13,922 nucleotides of DNA from a bacterium (GTDB lineage: Bacteria > Zhuqueibacterota > Zhuqueibacteria > Oceanimicrobiales > Oceanimicrobiaceae). Made by a program: the position numbers and the translations under genes. The notes beneath the pieces were generated by a model. It saw only the letters and a list, made by a program, of their open reading frames with translations. It was not told the DNA's origin and made no database searches. Location: NCBI GenBank assembly GCA_046757165.1, contig JBHHXT010000116.1:1-13922 (forward strand), in the 5' to 3' direction. Positions 1 to 9,556 of this stretch are shown here, piece after piece. Numbering within the stretch: the stretch's first letter is position 1; each line of letters begins with the position of its first letter.

Positions 1-11
1 GCAACCAAGAA

Positions 12-1403
12 CTAGACCTTTAAGACCTCATCCTTGATTTGTAACAAATACGCATAAGCCGCATCGTGTTCGTTGGGAATCTTGCCATCCAAAATGGCCG
101 TTTCAATGAGTCTTTTCAACTTGCCCACGGTCGGGCCGGGCTCCAGACCGCAGACGGCCATAATCTCATCCCCTCGCACAGGCGACTGAAAGGCACGCAT
201 CCGGTCTTTCTCCTCGACCTCATGCAGCCGGCGCACAACGAAATCGAAATTCCTCAGATGCTTTTGCACGCGTTTTGGATTGCGAGAGGTGATGTCAGCC
301 CGGCAAAGGGTGAGCAGGTCATCCAGATGCTCACCAGCCTGCACAAGCAATCTGCGATAGGCCGCATCTGTGACTTCCTCCTCTGTCAATGCGATCGGAC
401 GCAGATGCAGTCTCGTCAGTTTTTGCGCATACTTTGTCATATCGTTTGGCAGGCGCAGTCGCCGTCCGATGGCCGGCAACATGCGGGCGCCGATCTCTTC
501 GTGGTTGTGGAACGTCCACCCCTTGCCTTTCACAAACTCTTTCGTTCGCGGTTTGGCAATATCGTGGACCAGAGCCGCATAACGCAGCTCCAACTTGTCG
601 GACATCCCCGCCACATTGTCCACAACCTGCACCGTATGATAAAAGACATCCTTGTGGTGGTGGCCTTCGATTTGTTCGACGCCTTTTAGAGCCAACAGCT
701 CCGGGAAAATGAGCTTCAGCACACCACACGCCTCTATCAAGAGAATTCCAATCGAGGGACGCGGAGCCTCTACAGTCTTTAGAAATTCATCTGTGATGCG
801 CTCCATGGAAACGATTCTCAACCGATGGCACATCCGGCTCATCGCTGATTTTGTTGCCGGCTCAATCTCGAACCCGAAGCGCGTGGCAAAACGAATCGCG
901 CGCATGATGCGCAACGGGTCATCTTTGAACGTCACAGCCGGGTCGAGAGGGGTACGAATCACTCGGTTCTGCACGTCCTGACGTCCGTCGAATGGGTCGA
1001 CAATATCCCCGAATGTCTGCTTGTTCACCGAAACCGAAATGGCATTGATGGTGAAATCGCGCCGCGCCAGGTCGCTTATCAGGTCAGCAGGTTCGACGAC
1101 GGGGTTTCTGGAGCTGCTCCGGTAGCTCTCCTTGCGCGCCCCAACAAACTCGAGTTTATAGTCGTCCTTTTCCACCAAAGCCGTGCCAAATTTTTCATAG
1201 ATGACGACGTTGCAGGCCGCAAGCGCTTTCGCAACGGCACGCGCAAATTGCGGTCCATCGCCCAGGACGACAAAGTCGATATCTTTGCTTGTTCTGCCGA
1301 GAAGATTATCACGCACAAAGCCCCCGACGGCATGCACTTCCACACCCTGGTCGTCAGCAACCTTTCCGATTTTGTCGAGGATTGGGTGGTTCTTCAAGTT
1401 CAT
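12..1403 (-). CDS. cca: CCA tRNA nucleotidyltransferase (class II, CCA-adding enzyme) with C-terminal HD domain
   Basis: Motif A GGFVRD..LG...KDIDF, basic/acidic motif ARKESY followed by an intact flexible loop, DLARRDFTINA, templating motif DDPLRIMRAIRF, SMERITDE, and HD-domain motifs HHHKDVFYHT / ALVHDIAKP / FHNHE. ATG at 1403 (MNLKNHP) preferred over the ORF-track TTG at 1421. Confidence 0.9.
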   Translation of the reverse strand: MNLKNHPILDKIGKVADDQGVEVHAVGGFVRDNLLGRTSKDIDFVVLGDGPQFARAVAKALAACNVVIYEKFGTALVEKDDYKLEFVGARKESYRSSSRNPVVEPADLISDLARRDFTINAISVSVNKQTFGDIVDPFDGRQDVQNRVIRTPLDPAVTFKDDPLRIMRAIRFATRFGFEIEPATKSAMSRMCHRLRIVSMERITDEFLKTVEAPRPSIGILLIEACGVLKLIFPELLALKGVEQIEGHHHKDVFYHTVQVVDNVAGMSDKLELRYAALVHDIAKPRTKEFVKGKGWTFHNHEEIGARMLPAIGRRLRLPNDMTKYAQKLTRLHLRPIALTEEEVTDAAYRRLLVQAGEHLDDLLTLCRADITSRNPKRVQKHLRNFDFVVRRLHEVEEKDRMRAFQSPVRGDEIMAVCGLEPGPTVGKLKRLIETAILDGKIPNEHDAAYAYLLQIKDEVLKV

Positions 1404-1444
1404 GGGTTCTTGCTCGTACAATCAGATATTGGCTGTTAGCTCAG

Positions 1445-1550
1445 ATCTGGTTCCAACGCTCTGCGTTGGAACCCTGTTGACGCTCTGCGTCCCATTTACT
1501 CGACGCAGAGCGTCAGATAGTGGTTCCCACGCGGAGCATGGGAACCAGAT
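1445..1550. repeat. 106-bp nested-palindrome element (REP-doublet/REPIN- or MITE-like)
   Basis: Terminal inverted repeats ATCTGGTTCC (1445-1454) / GGAACCAGAT (1541-1550). Left hairpin GGTTCCAACGC-TCT-GCGTTGGAACC (1449-1473). Central perfect 14-bp IR TGACGCTCTGCGTC (1478-1491) / GACGCAGAGCGTCA (1502-1515). Right hairpin GGTTCCCA-C-GC-GGA-GC-A-TGGGAACC (1522-1546). Confidence 0.85.
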
Positions 1551-1560
1551 AGATATCCCC

Positions 1561-3243
1561 TTACAACCTGCCGGATCTCAGAATCGCAATCACCAACCAC
1601 ATTCCCAGCAAACCGGCAAACAAAAAACCGAGCAACCCGAACAATGGATAGCCCCAGAGGACAGGCCCAGCCTCCAGCGCCAGGATAAGCGACGAACCAA
1701 CGATCAAAGCAGCGATGATCAGGCTGAACGCGACCCGGTTTGACGAGCGGTCGATTTCCAGCATCAAATTTTGCAGGCCGCGGTCTTGCAGCTCGATGGC
1801 AAATTGTCCGCGCTTTAGCTTTCGAAGCAGCAGCTCGATCTCTCGGGGGCCCACCCGTAACAACTCATAAAAGTCGCGCAGCGTTTTCACGCCCTCATAA
1901 GCCAGCCGGTTCACATCGAGTCTGCGCATCATCAGCCTGCGCACAAATGGCTGTGCCAGCGAAAAAATTTCGAAATCCGGGTCCAGCTTACGCGCGATGT
2001 CTTCATAGGTCCCCATGGCCTTCATCAACATCAGCAAGTTGGAAGGCATGCGCAGACCGTGCTTGCTCATCACATCAAAAACGTCCGAGATAATGGTCTT
2101 GACGTTGATTCTCTTCAGGGGCACAGCGTAGTAGCGGTCCACGAAGCTTGCGATATCAGCACGCAGCGTCCGCACCTCCTTTTCTTCGTCCAGGGAGCCC
2201 AGGTTGATCAAGACGCGAATGATCAAATCTGCGTCTTTCTGAACCGTGCCGATCAGCAAGTCCGAGACTTCCTCCATCAAAGCCTGATCCAAACGCCCCA
2301 TCATGCCGAAATCTACGGGCACGATGACGCTTGCGTCCCTGACAAAAAGATTGCCGGGATGGGGATCGGCGTGGAAGAAGCCGTCGTCAAAAATCTGTTT
2401 GAGAATGAACTTGCCCCCGGTCTGCGAAATGAACTTCAGGTCACAACCGGCCTGGCGCAGCAGCTCGATTTCAGAAATTTTGATGCCATCGATATACTCG
2501 ATGGTCAGCACCTTCTCCGTGGTGTAGTCCCAGAAGACTTTGGGGACATAGACGTTGTCAAAATTCTCAAAGTTCTTGCAGAAGATTTCGATGTTTCGGC
2601 CCTCGTTGATGAAGTCGAGCTCCCGCTTGGTGCTCTGCAGCAGTTGCCGAACCATACCACAGGGATCAAACTGCCGGCTCTCCGGGATGTACTTCTCCAT
2701 GAGGCTCGCCAGGTCCGCCAGAATGTCCAGGTCCGTGGTGATGATGCGTGCCACTTCCGGGCGCTGAATCTTGACCACTACATCCTGGCCCTCATGTGTC
2801 TGCGCCCGGTGCACCTGCGCAATAGACGCCGAAGCCATCGCATTTTCTTGAAACTCGTTAAACTTATCCTCGATGCGCATGCCGAATTGATTTTCGAGAT
2901 ATCCCTGAATTTTCTCAAAGGCCAGGGGCGGCACGTCGTCCTGCAGCCTGGTCAGCTCACTCAACAGATCCGCGGGGATGAGAAACGAGCGCGTGCTGAG
3001 CAACTGGCCCAGTTTGATAAACGTTGGCCCCAGCTCCTCCAGGGCCAGCCGAATGCGCTCAGCCGCGGACAGAGGTTTGACCTCCGGGGCTTCCCGTCTA
3101 AAGAGCCTCCGGCCGACCTGCAGATAGGCCGACAGATCCATCCGATCGACCATTTCCGCAAACCCGTACTTGATCAGAATGGCGACGATCTGCCGGTAGC
3201 GCTTCAGGTTGCGGTAGCCTTTGTCAATACGAGGGATGCTCAC
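1561..3243 (-). CDS. UbiB/AarF/ABC1 family atypical kinase/ATPase with two C-terminal transmembrane helices
   Basis: 560 aa with ELGPTFIKLGQ (KxGQ motif), Ala-rich loop ASASIAQVH, VVVKIQRP, FFHADPHPGN catalytic loop, DFGM and a hydrophobic C-terminus. GTG start. Confidence 0.92.
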   Translation of the reverse strand: MSIPRIDKGYRNLKRYRQIVAILIKYGFAEMVDRMDLSAYLQVGRRLFRREAPEVKPLSAAERIRLALEELGPTFIKLGQLLSTRSFLIPADLLSELTRLQDDVPPLAFEKIQGYLENQFGMRIEDKFNEFQENAMASASIAQVHRAQTHEGQDVVVKIQRPEVARIITTDLDILADLASLMEKYIPESRQFDPCGMVRQLLQSTKRELDFINEGRNIEIFCKNFENFDNVYVPKVFWDYTTEKVLTIEYIDGIKISEIELLRQAGCDLKFISQTGGKFILKQIFDDGFFHADPHPGNLFVRDASVIVPVDFGMMGRLDQALMEEVSDLLIGTVQKDADLIIRVLINLGSLDEEKEVRTLRADIASFVDRYYAVPLKRINVKTIISDVFDVMSKHGLRMPSNLLMLMKAMGTYEDIARKLDPDFEIFSLAQPFVRRLMMRRLDVNRLAYEGVKTLRDFYELLRVGPREIELLLRKLKRGQFAIELQDRGLQNLMLEIDRSSNRVAFSLIIAALIVGSSLILALEAGPVLWGYPLFGLLGFLFAGLLGMWLVIAILRSGRL

Positions 3244-3301
3244 GACTGGGGACCAATTGATTCCTAAATTGAGCGATTGGCTTTTGGCAATTAGCTCTTA
3301 G

Positions 3302-3967
3302 CTAACGGCCAAACGCGCGATTACTGACAATTTCCTCCAGGACTGGCAGAATTTCGCCGAAGTTGGCATACTCGTGGTGCGGAATGTGGTGGCGCTTGCA
3401 GTAGTGCAGCAGCTCGCGGCCGCGTTTTGCAAACGCAATGTCTGCCGCGTCCGCCCCGCAGCGGTCTGAAAAACCGTCACCAACATAGACCACGACGCTG
3501 CCGTCCTGTTTTGCCTGCCGCACATGGTACCCTTTGCAGTTGCCACACTGTCCACAGCCGGCCTCAAAATAGGGGAACTCAGGCCGGAGGCGGTCCTCCC
3601 CCACAAAGACCAGGTGATTTGCACAAACCTGCACCGAGGCGTGCACATCATGGTTCCGCAAGATTCGTTCAATGTAGAAATCCAGGCCGTCGCTGGCGAT
3701 GGCCACCTCGACATCGTGCCCGCGGCAAAACTGCACAAACTCCACAAAATGAGGATCCAGCGCCTGCGCGTCGGCGAATGCCTCGAGCTGCGCTCGGGTC
3801 GCACGCGCAATGGTGCATTCCTGAATCAAACATTCTTTGGAGCTGATCTTTCCTTCTTTCCAGGAGCGCACGATATCAAAACACCGTTGGTCCGCAAAGG
3901 TGCGGAAAAGCAGGTTACCGACATCGTTGAGCGCCGTTGTTCCGTCAAAGTCGCAGATGATCTTCAT
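3302..3967 (-). CDS. MtnX-like HAD-IB family phosphatase (2-hydroxy-3-keto-5-methylthiopentenyl-1-phosphate phosphatase-like; true substrate uncertain)
   Basis: HAD motif I CDFDGT at the N-terminus, motif II ASDG, CGQCGNCK (Cys cluster plus motif III Lys typical of MtnX-like enzymes), motif IV YVGDGFSD. Confidence 0.85.
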   Translation of the reverse strand: MKIICDFDGTTALNDVGNLLFRTFADQRCFDIVRSWKEGKISSKECLIQECTIARATRAQLEAFADAQALDPHFVEFVQFCRGHDVEVAIASDGLDFYIERILRNHDVHASVQVCANHLVFVGEDRLRPEFPYFEAGCGQCGNCKGYHVRQAKQDGSVVVYVGDGFSDRCGADAADIAFAKRGRELLHYCKRHHIPHHEYANFGEILPVLEEIVSNRAFGR

Positions 3968-4029
3968 AGAAACATATTCTCTTCACCCAATCAGGGCTTG
4001 CTGGGGTTGGGGGAAAACACGCTAAAGCG

Positions 4030-4060
4030 TGAACACCCTAATTCTGAACACCTGAACCCC
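4030..4060. repeat. Short degenerate direct repeats TGAAC(A/C)CC x3
   Basis: TGAACACC at 4030-4037 and 4045-4052, and TGAACCCC at 4053-4060, in the ppdK-phosphatase spacer. Confidence 0.4.
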
Positions 4061-4073
4061 GTGACCATTTGGC

Positions 4074-4103
4074 AAAAAAATCGCCCACGGCGTGTGGGCG
4101 ATT
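4074..4103 (-). terminator. Rho-independent terminator downstream of ppdK
   Basis: Minus strand AATCGCCCAC-ACGCC-GTGGGCGA followed by T7, about 40 nt after the ppdK stop. Confidence 0.85.
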
Positions 4104-4144
4104 CAAAGTTTCTGCACAACAGACACGGGCTATCTTGACCCTCT

Positions 4145-6859
<2,715 letters not shown>

Positions 6860-6980
6860 CCAACATCATCTCCATTGTTGTTCACGTTTGCCGGTTGCCA
6901 GTTCGAACAAATCCTTACTATCTAAGGAACTTCTGGCAGAAATGCAATCAAAAATTGACGAAATTTGAGAAAACGGAAGA

Positions 6981-7014
6981 GTTCGCAATGACATCTCTTG
7001 CCAACACCTTTTTG
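6981..7014. repeat. Fragment of a dispersed repeat shared with 11009-11039
   Basis: Exact 14-mer CAATGACATCTCTT at 6986-6999 and 11014-11027 (17/19 identity from 6981 vs 11009). Both copies are followed within about 10 nt by CTTTTTG. Confidence 0.55.
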
Positions 7015-7033
7015 ATCACCATAGCGGCGTCGC

Positions 7034-7069
7034 AAAAAAAACGGGATTTGCGCTGCGCACAAATCCCGT
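7034..7069 (-). terminator. Rho-independent terminator downstream of the S41 protease gene
   Basis: Minus strand ACGGGATTTG-TGC-GCA-GCG-CAAATCCCG followed by T8, about 40 nt after the stop at 7108. Confidence 0.88.
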
Positions 7070-7107
7070 ATGCAATTTGCCTCGAAAAAAAGCTCGTTCC
7101 GCTGTGG

Positions 7108-8859
7108 CTAGCGGTGTTTCTTGCCGTTGTTCCCCCCCAGAATCTCCCGATAGCGTTCTGGCTGCGAAAGAACCTCCAGTGCTTTCTGAACGCTTTTGTC
7201 ATGGTCAAAGGTCGCTTCCATCTCGGCTTTGGCCCCCCAGAGCTTGGCCGAGATTTCTTGCTGCAGCTCCTCCTTGATGAACTCCTTGCTCAACTCGAAC
7301 TCTCGGCTTTTCTGCTCCAAAATTGCGTTGCGAATGGTTTCCACGGAGTTTGAAACTGACGCCAGGTAAGCGTTCTCTTCGGCAAGGCTGGCAATTCTGT
7401 CAAGGGCCACCTCTGCTTCTGAAGTGTAGGCGAACTTCTTTTCTTGCAGGAAGCGCTCGAACAGGTCCAACATTTCCTCGGAGACCTCGAACCCGCGCTC
7501 CAGCTCCGGATGCTGGGCGGCGTACACGACCGCAAATTGAAACGGCATCGTCTTGCGCAGCAGCTCCATCTCGAAGCGGGAGAGAGGGGTCTCCGAAATC
7601 TCGATATCCGGCGAAATCCCATGTGAGGCGTAGACTGGCCGGCCATGCGCTGTATAGTACGGCTCGCCCAAACTCGCCTGGTCTGCTCTATTCGAATCAT
7701 CCGGTTCTCCTCCTTCGAGCTCTGCCTCTGCCCCATCCCGTGCCGGGTGGTAAATGATCTCATCCGGGGCTGCCAGGAACCGCTTGGGGTCCTGAATCGA
7801 GCGACCGCTGGGCACGAGATACTTTGCGGTCGTTATTTTCAAGGCGGCCTCGCCGGTGATCGGAATGACCGTCTGCACCAGACCCTTGCCAAACGTGGTC
7901 GCGCCAATAATGACGCCGCGGTCTAAATCTTGAACGGCACCGGCGACAATCTCAGAGGCGGAGGCGCTGAATCCATTCACCAGCACCACCAGCGGCAAAT
8001 CTTCAAGGATGGGTGCGTGCTCGGAGAAGTACTTTTGCACGGAGGCGGCCGTCCGGCCCTCGGTCGAGACGATGAGTTTCCCCTTGTCAATGAAGTTTTC
8101 GCTGACACTAACGGCCGCGTCGAGCAGCCCGCCGGGATTGGAGCGCAGGTCCAGGATGAGCGCTTTCACCCCCTCTTTCTTGAGCTGACGAATGGATTTT
8201 TCGACATCCTTGCCTGCGTTGCGGGAAAAATGGCTGAGACGAATCAACCCGATGCCATCCTGCAACATGCCGGAGTAGAGCACATCGGTGACAACGATCT
8301 CCGCACGAATCAGGCGGAATTCAATCAGTCCGTCTTCGCCCTCGCGCTCGATTTTCAGAAACACCTCGCTGCCAATCTCTCCACGCAGCAGAGCCGCTAC
8401 CGCCGTAATGGTCAGGCTCCTGGTTGACCTGCCGTCGATCTCGAGGATGCGGTCTCCCTCACGAATGCCGGCTTTGATGGCCGGCGTGCCGTCAAACGGA
8501 GGCTCGACAACCGTAGGCCAGTTGCCGCGCAGGCCGATGCGCATCCCCAAACCACCGTATTTACCAGAAGACATGATTTGCAGCTCCTGATTATCTTCCT
8601 TCTCGACCAGGACCGTGTACGGGTCCAGCGTTGAAAGCATCCCGTCGATACCGGCCTTCATGAATTTGCCCGGGTCGATTTCCTCCACGTACTTCTTTGA
8701 AATTTCCTGATACACGCGACCAAAAATCTCGATATTGCGCTGCACCTGGTAGTAGTAGTCCGGGCCATAGGCAGAAACCCATCCGCTCAGCCAGCCACTC
8801 ACCCCGACCAATGCTATGGCGGACAAAAAGATGACAACGATTTTTCTTCTCTGGGACAT
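7108..8859 (-). CDS. Carboxyl-terminal processing protease, S41A family (CtpA/Prc-like) with PDZ domain
   Basis: N-terminal signal/anchor helix, LDPYT, PDZ GGLGMRI...PAIKAGIREGD, LILDLRSNPGGLL, catalytic Ser motif SASASEIVAG, catalytic Lys TFGKGLVQ. GGAGGT directly abuts the ATG at 8865 and lies 6 nt before the ATG at 8859, so 8859 is preferred. Confidence 0.93.
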   Translation of the reverse strand: MSQRRKIVVIFLSAIALVGVSGWLSGWVSAYGPDYYYQVQRNIEIFGRVYQEISKKYVEEIDPGKFMKAGIDGMLSTLDPYTVLVEKEDNQELQIMSSGKYGGLGMRIGLRGNWPTVVEPPFDGTPAIKAGIREGDRILEIDGRSTRSLTITAVAALLRGEIGSEVFLKIEREGEDGLIEFRLIRAEIVVTDVLYSGMLQDGIGLIRLSHFSRNAGKDVEKSIRQLKKEGVKALILDLRSNPGGLLDAAVSVSENFIDKGKLIVSTEGRTAASVQKYFSEHAPILEDLPLVVLVNGFSASASEIVAGAVQDLDRGVIIGATTFGKGLVQTVIPITGEAALKITTAKYLVPSGRSIQDPKRFLAAPDEIIYHPARDGAEAELEGGEPDDSNRADQASLGEPYYTAHGRPVYASHGISPDIEISETPLSRFEMELLRKTMPFQFAVVYAAQHPELERGFEVSEEMLDLFERFLQEKKFAYTSEAEVALDRIASLAEENAYLASVSNSVETIRNAILEQKSREFELSKEFIKEELQQEISAKLWGAKAEMEATFDHDKSVQKALEVLSQPERYREILGGNNGKKHR

Positions 8860-8878
8860 ACGCATACCTCCGACTGGT

Positions 8879-9508
8879 TCAGGCTAATCGCTTCTTGACA
8901 ATTTCAAAAATCTTCTTTTGGATGGCTTCAACTGACTGCGCGCCGTCGATGACGACGAAACGAGCCTTATCCGGTGGTGAGTTTGCCATCTCCAGGTAGC
9001 CCTGTCTGACTCTGTGATGAAATTCCATCTCCTCTTGCTCGAGGCGGTCCAGGGCCCGTGCTTTTGCTTCATTGCGCTGCAACGCCACTTCAGGCGCCAG
9101 ATCGACCAAAAACGTCAAATCTGGTTTGATGCCATAAGTAACAAATATATTCAACTTTTTTATGAAATCCAAATCAATTCCGCGGCCGTACCCCTGATAG
9201 GCCAGGGTCGAATCATAGTACCGGTCGCAAATGACAACCTTGCCTGCTTCGAGATTTGGAATAACTTCTTCTGAAACCATCTGGGTGCGCGCTGCGGAGT
9301 AGAGCAGGAGTTCGGCCTGGGCCGTCATGCTGTGATTTTCTTTGTCGAGCACAACCGCTCTGATCTTCTCTGAAATTTGCGTGCCGCCCGGTTCCCGCAG
9401 CAAAACGACCGGAATGTTCAACTTTGTGAGCTGCTCATGCAGCAACCTGGCCTGCACGGATTTGCCGGAAAAATCGACCCCTTCGAAATTGATGAGCGTA
9501 CCCTGCAT
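8879..9508 (-). CDS. tmk: Thymidylate kinase (dTMP kinase)
   Basis: P-loop FEGVDFSGKS, REPGGT, ELLLYSAAR, ICDRYYDSTLAYQG, KPDLTFLVD, DRLEQE...FHHRVRQGY. Confidence 0.96.
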   Translation of the reverse strand: MQGTLINFEGVDFSGKSVQARLLHEQLTKLNIPVVLLREPGGTQISEKIRAVVLDKENHSMTAQAELLLYSAARTQMVSEEVIPNLEAGKVVICDRYYDSTLAYQGYGRGIDLDFIKKLNIFVTYGIKPDLTFLVDLAPEVALQRNEAKARALDRLEQEEMEFHHRVRQGYLEMANSPPDKARFVVIDGAQSVEAIQKKIFEIVKKRLA

Positions 9509-9556
9509 TTTGTTCTGTCCGTTTTTGAATTCGGTCTTGAAAGAAGCTCACGAAAA

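Noticed and set aside
12..1403. Poly(A) polymerase or CC-only-adding enzyme assignment
   Set aside because: It lacks the PAP-specific G(R/K)RF upstream signature, and the flexible loop after ARKESY appears intact. The HD domain fits a standard CCA-adding enzyme, though A-adding-only activity cannot be excluded by eye.
1445..1550. Possible mini CRISPR array, attC site or tRNA
   Set aside because: The units are inverted rather than direct repeats with unique spacers. There is no cas or integrase gene, no RYYYAAC/GTTRRRY ends and no cloverleaf with a T-loop consensus.
1201..1743. 180-aa plus-strand ORF spanning the cca/UbiB junction
   Set aside because: Reads antisense through two real genes and the palindromic repeat. 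The LVPTLCVGT...RRAS segment is simply the translated repeat.
2059..3267. 402-aa plus-strand ORF
   Set aside because: Antisense shadow of the UbiB-family gene with no recognisable motifs. Long antisense frames are expected in GC-rich coding DNA.
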